A stretch of DNA of 64,000 nucleotides, taken from contig CM120647.1 of the NCBI GenBank assembly GCA_051362555.1, forward strand, positions 10,230,001-10,294,000. Reading direction: 5' to 3'. The translations under genes and the position numbers were made by a program. Each line of letters opens with the position of its first letter. Position 1 is the first letter of the stretch. This stretch comes from Lingula anatina. Its lineage: Eukaryota > Animalia > Brachiopoda. This document shows, in pieces, positions 36,419-49,165 of this stretch. Under the pieces are notes generated by a model. The model was not told where the DNA came from. It did not search any database and saw nothing but the letters and a program-made list of their open reading frames with translations.

Positions 36419-38102
36419 AGGGACCAACTTTGAATATAGAAATGGATTTATTAACCATTGGTAAGTCTGGGAAAATTGTGTTTTCCCCAGGAAAATTCAT
36501 ATTTTGCTAAAAATGGACATTTGTTATTTTTTTAATTATAGATACATTTTAAATTAAATGAACAAATATGCACACATTCAAACTATAGTAACTACTTCCA
36601 GTATCAATGGCTCACAACAAGCTTGACTCCAAATGTTAAGAATGCATGTTGATCATAATTTCAGGATAGGTCAGACACAGGCCAACTGAGAATCATATTA
36701 GATTTTGGGGGTTATACTGTATTTAATGCATGTATTAGAATTGATATACCCATGCATTGTACTAAGCCTTCTGAGTTATTTTCTAGTTTGTATCATATTG
36801 TTTCAACAATTTAAGTCAAGGAAGAGCTAAATGTTTGGAAAATTTGTGCACAGTGTGCTTAAAAAGCATTTCTGCTACATTTCCAAAGACTGAGCATTCT
36901 TAAATGCACTGGCTCCCTTCATATCAAATGTGCCCACCAAATTAATATAACACAGTGCTGAGCTTATAATATGGAACCTGCCAGCATCTGTGCTATGGGA
37001 ACACTTGGGGCGAAGAAAGCCAAGAAATATAGTTCCTCCTTGCACATATTATTCTAAGTGTGGTGTATGAAAAAGAAACAAAATATCAGGATTATCAATA
37101 GCCTCAACATACTTCCTTCTTGCGAGTTAAACCCCCTTGAAATAAATAATCAAGGTAATTAGAGACCATTCCCAAACCCTATCATAGTAACTTTGGATCA
37201 AACTATCTCCACAGGGATTCTTACAATTAACTCGCAATTAACTAAAGTGGTATAGATGTCACGCCTACTGAAGCTGATAGGGGGTAATTAACTATCCATT
37301 AGAAGCTTTAGCAGGCGTGCCAGACATCTAAGCCACTTAAGCTGAAAGCAAATTTAGCAAGAGACCCCGTGGAGATGGACGGAACCTGTTAGATTGATCT
37401 AGAGATGGGAACCCAGTCTAAGACCCCGTTCCCAGAGATTAGATCGATCTACTTTAGATCGACCTAACTCCCTGGGGGTTCACGTTAAATAGCTGTCAGC
37501 CGAGCAGGCACGAAAGTTAATTACACCCTTACAGCTTGTAGTAGGCAGGACGGACATTTAAGCCGGATTATCTGACAGTAATCTAGTGAGACTCCCCGCG
37601 GGGATAGATCGATCTAAAAGCTCTGGGAATACGCCCTAAGACAGCACTGCCAAAGGCAACATTTAACTACCCAATTAGCTGTCATTCAATAATTAAATGG
37701 TCCTACTAGAACTATAACATTAAAAATTTTATAATACCACTCTAGTCTTTCATAGAGCATAAATCAAGATCAAAATCAGCTGAGTATATTTTTCATAGAA
37801 TTCATCAATGACATATGCATTTAATTCTCCCCTAGTCTACCTTGCATCAGTATCACTGTGTCAATATCATGTTGGCATCCTGAATTCAACTAACGAAGAG
37901 ACTGATGATGCATACAGCATACCCAGTTTATAAATGTAACACATGTATCTTTAGACACGCGCGCGCGCGCGCACGCACGCACGCACGCACAGGCACGGCA
38001 AGCGAAGCAATGTAAAAAAGATGGTTACCCTATCGTCTGCCCAATATTATAAAGGAGTAAATACGCTTTTCCAAGCGAACTCTGCTGACTGCGTTGAGCC
38101 AT
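33264..38102 (-). CDS. HACD: Very-long-chain (3R)-3-hydroxyacyl-CoA dehydratase (HACD1/2, PTPLA/PHS1 family), 7 exons, ~228 aa
   Basis: Exons 38102-38029 (MAQR...YLLLYN), 35622-35499 (FQTLAYLE), 35230-35123 (HCLLGLVKS...QIFSR), 34569-34448 (WTLTEIIRYSFY), 34128-34089 (YTFFIVLYPIGVS), 33882-33744 (GE...LPNRMN), 33343-33264 (LYFHMIGQRKK...KKED*). The catalytic YPxGxxGE motif and a C-terminal KKxx ER-retrieval signal are present. Confidence 0.94.
35709..35906. mobile_element. PIF/Harbinger MITE with TTA TSD
   Basis: TTA|gggtgcatccagaactagttgatctgaggactaactagtcc ... ggactagttagtctgcagatcaactggtactgaatgcaccc|TTA. Confidence 0.8.
37160..37636. mobile_element. Two adjacent related Harbinger MITEs (older 37160-37418, younger 37422-37636)
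   Basis: The younger copy is bounded by TAA on both sides. The older copy shares ccattccc, ggggtaattaac and atgggaacccagtctaa. Confidence 0.7.
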
Positions 38103-38505
38103 AATGCTAACACTCCTTCTCACCGGCTCCTCAGGCGTGTGTATGAACTTTGTTCCTTGACCTAGTTTCGAATTTCAAAACCTAATTTTATCCGCAAAAT
38201 GTAAACCCTTTATCTCCTAATATTAATGTGTTAAAAATTTTATTTACTTTGAAAAACCATGCAGCAAAACTTAAAAGAACTTTTATTGCGACGTACTTCA
38301 GTTGAAAGATGTGAAATAGATAAAAAATATTTAGGTCAAGGTGCCCGTGACGTCATTTGTTGAATCACGTGGTACACTTGGCGACAGAGTGTTGTTGCAC
38401 GGGTGCTTCTGGCTTGTTGCTATTCAATACTGGAATAATGTGAAATGGCGACCTAGGTTTCCTGTTTGATTTTTTGTTAAAGAAATAGCGCACTAAACAG
38501 CAAAA
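38103..38505. promoter_or_regulatory. Bidirectional promoter HACD(-)/ERICH3(+)
   Basis: Divergent ATGs are ~400 bp apart. The interval has a CRE TGACGTCA (38348-38355), an E-box CACGTG (38366-38371), RORE-like WWNTAGGTCA sites (38157-38167 on -, 38329-38338 on +) and an X-box-like GTTGCTAT half-site at ~38417. Confidence 0.6.
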
Positions 38506-41500
38506 ATGAGCCACGTCTATGAAGGGTAAGTAAGGCTTCGTTGTGTTTATTGTTTGCCGGTGCTTAACATGGTTTGAATCTGGAAGGTTTTCTGACTTGA
38601 CGAATCATTTCAAGAGATGGTCCCGTAGAAAATGTCTCCTAAATAATTCATATTGTGTCTGAAACACGCTATACTATCGTGATTCCTCAATTAGTTAATG
38701 CATGCCATTATAAAGGATGCGTTGTCATTGAGCTATTGATGTTTACTAGCTGTTTGAAGCTTTTATAATAATGAAAATTGGGAAGAAAGAATCTGCTTTG
38801 GAATTTACATTTGGATTTTAGAGACTATTACTGCTGATTATGCCGATGACTTTATTTTTGATACTATCAGCTTTTGATGGAATACATGTACTTACACATA
38901 GGCAGGGCCGTAGCCTGAGCAAAATGCCAGGGGGGGCAGTAAGCGGACACGAGGGGTGAAGGCCGTGGGAGGGGGGAGGGGGTGGGAGGGGGTGAAAATC
39001 TTTAAAAACTGTATGTATAATACTGCATTCTGGTGCATTTTAACTGTTATTTATTGCTAAATCAGAAGTAAGAAATTGTGGGTTCATTTTGCCATAAGTA
39101 CAGTCATTTTTTCAACACAACACGCCAATTGGACTTCATTTCGTAGATTGTCTCAGGATCAGGAATGTTTCTTCCTCTGTGGACAAGCAAGAGAGCCAAT
39201 CCGCCAAGGCGTTCCTCTGCCTTTGTAAACAGATTGTTGAATGATTGTCTAGTGGCCATGAGTGCATTTTCTCACAGAATTGATACCAACTTTGCAATTT
39301 TTTTTTTTTTTTACCTTTGTGATTATTTTTTGGACCTCAAATCCCAGGGGGGGCAGCTGCCCCCCCTGCCCCCCCGGAGGCTACGGCCCTGATAGGAGAC
39401 ATTATACTCACTACCAGTACATGTATATATGTACAGTACTTGGATGTACTGTAGCTCTTCAAAGAAAACATTAATTAGCCATTAAAACAAATCTAAAAAA
39501 GGGACATAATCTGCAGATAAACATGGTACAGATGGATCATAAATTGATTTAATAGTTCATCCAAAGGGAATGTAGTGAGTTCAGCTACTGTCAGTCTGTT
39601 TCTCACCAATTATATTATGAAAAAATGTCTGGAGTGAAAGAAATACAAGGAAGTCACGATCAAAGATGGTGCCTTGTAAACTTAACAGCAACTTTTCCTT
39701 GAGAACTGAATGAAAATGAATAGTTAATGATAGGTACAGTATCTAAAGGGAAAAAGAAAAGAAAATGCAGTGCAGTCTGTACAACTAAAGGCACTTTTAA
39801 GCCTGAGGCTTATCAATTGCCCACTACCATGACAGTAGTACATAAAGAGCTACAGGGTTTGTTAAAAAGTATAATTTTTTTGTAACGCTAAGCTCCTTTT
39901 TCGACCCTGATTGCCTGAAGGGCTAAAATATCATGTAATGGCCTTTTTAAAAGTGCACATGTAGGACTACACTGGGACTAATACTAGTACATGTAATTTT
40001 AGTAGATATAACAAACATGCAAAATGATAAGACATCTAGGGAATGATAAGACATACTGGGGAATATCAATGATTTTAAAACTGTTTGTTAAGTCACAGAT
40101 ATCGAAAATCAAACCTCTGACCCAGCAGGTAGGCTCAGTAAGCTTGTCAGTCTACAAAAGTGTGATTAATATAAAACAATCAATATTGGCAGATTAGTTC
40201 CTCGCATGCTCAGTGGGGATTAGATTGGAGTTGGAGAAAAAATCAATTTGATTCTGGGTGGTGGAAGGCAGCAAAGTGAAGGCTCTTAATGGTGAAGTTA
40301 TGCCACAGTGGGAGAGAGTCACACATGATACTCAAATCTTTTGTCTTTAAAAATGGAAAAATCAAACACTACTATAAAGATGTTTTCTTGAAAAAAGAGG
40401 AATTGCATGCAAGTAATCAATAGTTTCAAAATGCAGTTGGGCAAATTAGCGAAGCTGTTATAATACTTTCAGCATTTGTTATTATAAACATAAACAGATA
40501 ATTAGACCAAAATATAGTTTGTTGATGTTTTTCACCTTGAAGAAAAAATTAATAAAGATGGACATTTCTGTATGTTCAGCTCAACAGAATGCTAAATTCT
40601 GATTAAATTTGTTTCCTTTTTTTTTTTTTTTGAAGTCTGAAAATAAGATTTATAAGTGCCATTCAAATTCCTGTGTTGGTTTCCTGTATGGTTTTTGTTG
40701 AAAAAACCATGTACTAAATGGCAAAAAGAGCCACATATGGATTATTGTCTGTTATTTTAAGTCCATTAAAAAGGAAATTGTAAACAACATAATTGATTTC
40801 ATATGCGCAAATTGATATTTTTAGATCAATGAATTTTTCTACCTGTATAATGGAGATATCTCCAATGTGATTAAAAAGGTGATGAATATGGAGACGGATT
40901 AATTTATCTACTAACTTGAAAACAAAGGGATAATGGTGAGATTATGACAAAGTTCAAATGTGAAACATCTGAAAATTTAATAGAATGCTCTCTAGGTTGA
41001 ATTGTGAAAAAGAAAAATGCAAAAAGAGAAAATGAGTGAAAGAGATATTATTATTATTATTATTATTATTATTCATAGGCGAAAAATATTTTGATAATTT
41101 GCACTCATTTCAGTATTTAATACTTTATAAGCTGTATCACAATTGCTGTTTGAAGCACTGGAAACAGACAGACAGGAAAAAACTTTATAACTAATATTTA
41201 TCATAATTTATGCAGTATTATTATAATCAGTGCTAATATATTATAATTTATTCTTGCAGTCCCCTGGCTACTTACAATAGCCTGATGGACCGCCACTTGG
41301 CCGGGTACTTCAGCCAGACCAAGAAGAGAAAACACCTCCGGAAAGCTGGACTGGTAGGGTTTCTTCCTTTCCTTCTTTCTTTCTTTCTTTCCTTCTTATT
41401 TTTTCGTTTTCTTTCTTTGAATACAACTCTTTTTGTCAGGGCTGAAACAAACTATTAAAATTATTGAAAAATGCACTTTATCTTTCATTTTAATTGGGTA

Positions 41501-44500
41501 AAATGGATATTTTCACGTAGGTCACCTGGGGAACAGAACTGACATATTTTTAACATTCAGTTTGTGCAGTTCCCTCTGTACCAGTATAACTGCTTTGTTA
41601 AGAGAATCTGTTATTTTTAGTTTTGCTAAATTTCATATCACTTTTTTTGCTTACATAATATATTATATAATACAAAATAGAGTAATTTCTTTTCTGCACA
41701 ATAATTTTAGATCTCTTGCACAATAATTTTAGATCTCTAAAAGAGGAGAGGTGATTTCCGAGGCAACATTCCGCCTTAACATGGCTCGCAAAGAGCACAA
41801 AAAGCATGTGAAGAATCTTTTGGCGCAGGCAATTGTGCACAAAACTCTAGACATGGAGCGAACACGACAGGTGTCCATACGCAAAAAATTAGAGGAAATT
41901 GCAAAGATTGAACTTGTCAGGAGAGTGAGAGTAAGTGACAGGGTATATTTATAATGACAGTGATGATGATGATGATAATAATAATAGTTTTTACTGGCAA
42001 GATGATAAATGTTTTTTGATATGCTAAGTAATTTTTTATGTGTATTGATCCGTAAATATGTGGGACCAGAATTCTGAAACAGAGCACACACACACACACA
42101 AATTAAAAATAAATAAAATAGATAAAATATTATACTATTGCAATACATATTGTAGCAATTCATTCTTTTCATTACATTGTTTTTATGTACCAATACCATT
42201 CAGACATATATATATATATATATATATGTATGTATATTGGCTTACTAACAGAAACAGGAGTTACGTGTACTCACCAGTTTTGCATTCCAGGAAGAAAGAA
42301 TGAGGTTTTCAGACGCTGAGATTATGCAGTACCTCTTGTCTGTTCCTCTCCCAAAACCTCCCCCCATGGTTGAAAGTCGTTGGACGCTTACAGACCCTGT
42401 AACTAACTCGTTGTTGTTGTTTTCTGGCACCTCCCATTTTGTACTAGTTGCTTCTAAACTTTAGACCAAGACGGAACATTTTTGTCTACTTCGGGGTTAG
42501 AATTGTGAAAATTACTCACAAATTTCAAATGCTTCAGTTTCATTCTAATTTTTAAAATGAACTTCTGAATCTTGCTTTATGGGAAGTACTTATTACAAAA
42601 CAATATTTTGGGAAATTTGGTAAATTGGTTGTGTTTGAAATCAGTGAGTAGTTGCCGTACTGTTTTTTTTTTTTTTTTTTTTTTTAACTTCTGAGCAGGA
42701 ATGATCAAATGTTATTTATGCATGTTCAAAAGTTAAATTTTAAGGCACACTTTTGTTATAATCTTATTTCATATAGCTGTTAGTACATGATTTTTAGTTA
42801 CTTGCAAATAGTTATTTTACATGGCAAGGCAACATTTTATTCAATAGGTTACTTTAATTTATATCTTATTTTAAATTACAGGCACATGGTTTACATTTGC
42901 ACCGTTTTCCTTTTATATTCCAGCATGTTGATGGTGAAAGGTTAATGAATTGTAGATTATTTATTTGCAGAAGTCTGAAACAGAGCTCACATGGAATTTT
43001 GAAAGTTCACTTATGTACAAGGCTATATTGCTTTCATAGCTTTATAGCTAAATATGCATGTCATTATTTTTAATTATGTGGTTTATTGCATGGGTTAATG
43101 ATATCATTAATGCAATTGTTTCTGAAAGGCCAGTTATACTATTAGAAATTCTTGAGATGAAATAAAAAATACTTAAAATGCAAATTATGATATATGTTCA
43201 GAAAGTCCTTTATCTAAATTATAATGAACATAAATTTTTGGTGATTTAACTATTCACTTGAACCTATTATTAATAACATGTAAATCGGCCACTTAGTTTC
43301 ATTTCCCTTGAACTCTGTAGGCTGAGAAGGCTAGAAAGGGAGATGAGGACATCCTCCCCTACCTGTCTCCCAGAGGGAAGGCGACAACACGACCACGATC
43401 TGCTGCCATGGAGCGCCAGCAGGCGATGAGCAGATCACGGGCCAGACCTACCAGTGCGCCATCTGCTGACAGAAAAGGAAGGTCTCGTAGACAGGAGGAA
43501 GAAGAAGAGGATGATGGCTGGGAATATGATGAACAGGTATGAGGAGATTGATGATCATTAGTATGTTGAACAGGACCATGTAAAAATTGGTGATTATTTT
43601 TACTAATCCCCCCCCCCCACCCCCTCAAAAGAAAAAAGTTAATAAATAGGTAAATAAAAATCATACCAGGGCTCGTTGAAATAAAAAAACTTGCTTATTT
43701 ATTGCAGAAAAAATATTATTGAATAAAAATTTAACTCCTGTTTATTCCATAGTCAGTAAATAATTATAAAATACTTTCAGGATAAAAAGTTACGACCAAT
43801 CTACATTGATGAAAATGGCGTCCCTGTTCATCCACGAGAATTTGCACCAGAGGGTCAAAGTTCACCGTCCAGCTCGGGACACCGTTCGCCCTACCCCAAG
43901 GAGGAGATTGACACCAAGCACCTGTATGCTGTAAGTCCTCCGCTGGTTTTCTTGTGCGTTGTCAATAAATCTGTTATTTATAAGGCCATTCTGTGGTACA
44001 TGATGATCACTATTAGGGTGTGAGTATTTGCATCTAGAAGGCTTGATTCACAATAATTAAATGTTTTAATAAAAGAAAAGAAAAGATAAAAAGGAGATGA
44101 TTGGTTTGATAAGCTTTTTTTTAAAACTTAAATGAAATTCATTTGCAAAAAAAAAAAAAAAAAAAAAAAAGGGAAAAAAATTAATGTAACTTTGGAGAAC
44201 TATTTTTAATCAGTTTATAGAGCAGGTCATGTTTCATGTATATTATATTGTAATCTTGGATTTTATATCTAAAAAAGAGTCAGTTGAAATGGTAATTGAT
44301 TCTTGATTGTGCCATTTTTAATATATTAGTAAGCACTGTATGATCAGTTGTCAAAAAGCAAAAAATATACTAAGTATATAATTTGATAAAATTAATTCAA
44401 TCCTGATTTCAGCTGGACAACGTTGCCTTGAGAGAGTACACCATGAATAACGAGGTTCTAGACCAGGGCAGAGGTGCGCCATCCCCATACGTCATCCCCT

Positions 44501-47500
44501 TGGTAGGGCTGGCCACACCTTCTCCACCTGCCACCAGGAGGTCTCCCAGGACCCAAGACAAGAGCAAGGCAAAGTCTCGCAAGTTTCGTTACATTGCGAC
44601 TGATCCTTTGGGAAGACCACTGCACCCCAAGTCAAACAAGGTATGTTTTTGGCAGTGACATTATGTTTTTAGTTAGTGCTTCAAGGTATGTTTGTTGAAG
44701 TCAGTACTAAACTACACCAGAAAGTGGTTCTCTCAGCAACACATTTATAGACTTTATCCCAGGGCTTTCTCATCCCAATTTCATGATAACATTATTTATT
44801 TTTTATGATCCTCATCCTGGGACATTTTAATTATTTACTCTGTCCCATCCCATAATATTAAACACATTTTTGCAATCCTCATACCAGGGCTTTCTATTAT
44901 AACTTAAGTCTATCCCATAATATTTGACAATCATTTTTATAATTTTCCCCATTCCAGGGCTCCTTGATGCTACACCGCCTTGAGCCTGCCATGATGCACC
45001 AGGCGCGTGTCCAGTCCATGTGTGATGTCACCATGCTGTATATTGGGGGCAACCTGAAGCTGGAGGCGGAGGGCAATGACCCCATGCACGAGATAATTGT
45101 AGAGCAGCAGCACTGCGGTGGAAACACGCTGAATGTGTTCAAGCAGAGGATCCTGCCTGGGAGTGAGTAGTTAGAGACATTTTGAAATGTTTGGGAAAGT
45201 TTCCTTTTCTAACAAAAAGAAAAAAAATGAAAACTATGGAAAAGAGTTAAAGAGAAGACAAGATTAGGAAAAAAGAAAGAAAAAATAGAGATGACTGTTT
45301 ATTTAAATTTTCCAACCTATTGAAATTAATGCATATTTCAGAAGTGACTGTATACATATTATTCCCTTATTCTGTGTCAGACACTTAAAGAGAAAGAAAA
45401 CAATGTGGAAATTCAATTTTGTAAATTACATGTATATCTATAAAACTTAAAATAAGTACCAGTATTCAGAAGCAGTTCATAAAATAACAGAAACAAGATA
45501 TTTTTGAAATACAAAAATTACAGAATTATAAGCTTTTCTACTTAGTATGATAGCACTCACACTCCTACCAGGATGATTAATATGTTTCAATTTCTTCCCA
45601 TCTGCAGCAAGGTTCACCTTCACCTCAAGACGTCACAGAGGCTATCCTTTCAGCCTGACCTTCTATATAAATGGGGTCAAGGACATCCGTCTCAGTGTCT
45701 GCTGCGAGTATAAGCACAAGCCAGGCTACAGGCTAGGGGGAGCCACTGGACACTTTGGTTTTGTGAAGACGACAGGAGCGGCACCGTGCTACAGGTGAGG
45801 CGTAATTTTTATAGGTTCTCACGAGCATGACATATTGTGAAATTTTGTATTGTTCCACTAACTAAAAATAATTTGTTTGTCACTGATTGATAAGTTTTCA
45901 ATTTTGATCAATTTCAAAATTTGATCAGGTTCAAGTTGATATGTAATGGATGACCCATTTCTTAAAATTTTTTTTAGAACTAACTTTCATATCACTTGTA
46001 TACCCCATTATAAACCTCAAAAATTGTGCAGTAACATGTCCCATGATTATCTATAAGTACTTGGTTTTTGTCACCAGGTGTCAGGTAGAGAAAGGGTTGC
46101 TCATCGACTCCAGTCCCCCGCGCCCAGAAAAGAAACGTCCCTCAGAAGCCCAGCAGAAGAAGAAGAATAAAAAGAAGGAAGACAAAGACAGTGAGTGGAA
46201 TTTTTGTCTTTTCCACCTGAATGTGATATATTAGTAAAAAAAAATTAATAAAAGTTGCAGTGCAGACAATTGCCCAGTGTACTTTTCTCTAAAAATCTGA
46301 ATAAAATTGTTGTAATTATATGTGGAAAAATAAAAACGTTTGTTTCCAGTTGCTTAAATTTTTTCTGAAAAATTCCAAATATAAAACCGAGTTCAATTTC
46401 AAAATGTTTATTTATGAATTCTCAATAAGGAGTGGTGAAAAAATATAATGACTGTTCATTGTGTTTTTTCCAGAAGAGCACAAAGAGGAGGACACACAAT
46501 CTGACAAAGTTTTTGTGACTGAAGGCTCAGACGAGGAAAAGCACAAAAAAGAAGACGATGGTATGTTCATATTTCATATCCATATTGTCATGAGAAGTTT
46601 AATATTTGGATTTTTGAATATAATATGTACTGGTTTGCGTAGGGTTGAAACCCTGGGAGTACCCATCAAACCATGTGTTTAGTCCTCACAAACTTCCTAG
46701 TAGCTAGGTTTGATTTCGTATTGGAATAGGGATGTCACAATGACACTGGGAGCATGCTGATTGATCGATAAACACCCACCCCCACCCCCACTCACCCCCC
46801 AAACCTGACACACCCCCTCCTGAGCTGATGGTCTCACCTTTGACAGTTTTCACATGTGTACTTTGCATGCTAGTTATTCAAGCTGTTTGAATTACTAATT
46901 GCTCAAGATTTTAGCCTATTTCTAACACAGTTATTGAAAACTTTTAAAAGATAATTTGTGTATTGCACTTTTATAATTGACTTTGTTAATCTGGACGTAA
47001 TTCTAAAGAAAAATTTCAGCTTTAATTAGATTAACCGCCAAAAGATGCATAGTGATTATTCACAACTTAAAACTATTTTCCCCTTTTGTTTTTCAAATTA
47101 ATTGTATTAACTTTTTAAAAAAAGTTTATACCTTCCAAACATCCTTAAAAAACATTAGAGTCAATCTAATTTTTCAGCAATTCTAACAAAGTTGTGTTCT
47201 GCTCAGTAAAACCATTGTATTTAAATCCAGTGAATAACTAACCTTAACATTTTTGATCACAAAGTATTTTTTTAAACATACAGTAGCAATTAGTGTATTA
47301 ATAGTAGAATGCATGAAAAGTAGATTGCATGGTTTTTTCATTTAATTGCTTGCACTGTTTTGCACCCTCTCATACTGTATCACACAGACGATAAACATGA
47401 TGAGGGGGGCGAGGAAGGGCACCCCCAGGGAGCAGAGGATGGAGAGAATGAAGAAGAAAAAGAGGAAGAAAAGAAGACAGTGTCTGACGCTAATCATAAA

Positions 47501-49131
47501 GATGACGACGAAGATAGTCGTCGTGGAGATTTTGATGGTGATTACATCATGGCTGCTAAGTTTCCTTCCATCCCCTTAGACTTGCGTACCTTTGGGTTTC
47601 TCCCACATTTATATTTGATAGCAGTCTGTGCATTCTCTGAGCTAGCATCTTATTGCTGTTGTGTGTTCTTCACCTTATAATTTTTTTTCTGTCACCCCTT
47701 TAGTCTTATACATTACAGAGGTGTTCCTTTCTGGTCCATATCCCTCTTTATCCGCTTATGTCCTTAAAACCAGTAAAGTTCCTCTTTATTCATGGTTTAA
47801 GTCACATTTCCATTCTTGATGGGCTGACCTAACTCAATACAACCCATCTCAGTAGTGTTGTGTATATTGAAATAAGCTCATGACAGGAAACCACTCTGAT
47901 CCCTGCTTTGTCCCACAGTGTGGGTGATTGCAGGTGGAACAACTGAGAGATTAGATTGGTTTCCAATGGTGAACTAATCATAACAAGGGCACCTGCTGAG
48001 GTGCAATGTTCTGTTGAGGAGAAAATTGACCCAACATGACTGGAAAGGTGACTTTTATTGACCTTATTTTTAAATTATAATTTTTTTTTTCCGAATAAAT
48101 GATTTTTGTCTGTATTTGCCATGGATGAATTCCCATGTTTCTTTAATTACATATTTCTTAGCCACCTCAAGCAAAAAATTATTTAATCTATCGTTTTAGA
48201 GCTTATTTCATACTGTGTCCTATTGTAACAGCCAGTTTCTTTCAGTGCTATGAATGCTTTTGGTGTTAATGGTGTCCCTTTTGGTGTCTTTGGTGACCTT
48301 TTTGGTGTCTTTGGTGGTGTCTTTGGTGACCTTATTGGTGTCTTTGGTGACCCTTTTGATTTCTGAAACTTCTCAGAATGTCATGAAAAAATTGAAGTTT
48401 GGAAACTAAATGAAAAGGAAAAATTTCCAGTAAGAGTAAAAGGTAGATGTAAAACAATTGCACTAAGAGTTGAAGATAGATCAACCTTTCAGTACGAGAG
48501 CAAGATGTAAACACTTGGATTTAAGTCATTTGAAATTTCAGGCTGGTAAAAATCACAGTTGTTTGCTGGTGAGAGGGGGGAGGGCATTAATTTGATATTG
48601 CATCTTTCATTATGTTCTGAAAATTTGTTAAATGCTTTGTCTTTTCTTGCAGAATATGAAGATGATGATTTTGAAGAAGAAGAAAAACAGAAAGACGAAG
48701 GTTAGTATTTCTGCTGAATTTGCCATAAAATTCTTTTTCAAGGAAAAAAATAAATAACAACAAAAAATTACTAGAGTTTAACTTTATTGGGGGAATTTTT
48801 TAATTTTACTTTCTGATCAATATACCTGTATACAATGAAGGTGTTTTCATTGTTTTTGAAAATTGAAATGTTGTTGACAAGGGAAACATTCTTATAGATT
48901 CCTGGAATTAGAGTATAATGTAGAGAAAATTGAACAAAAAACTCTTGTGTATTACAGATAAATATGACGAAGATTTTGAGGATGAGAAAGAAGAAAAGGA
49001 AGATAAATCACAGCCTGAGGTCAAAGGTTATGATGATGACTTCGAGGAAGATGAAAGAACAGCCAAGATGGTGTCCCAGGGTTCCATTGAAGTACCAGTC
49101 CAGGACACGGATGATGGTGAGACTCTGAGAG

Positions 49132-49165
<34 letters not shown>

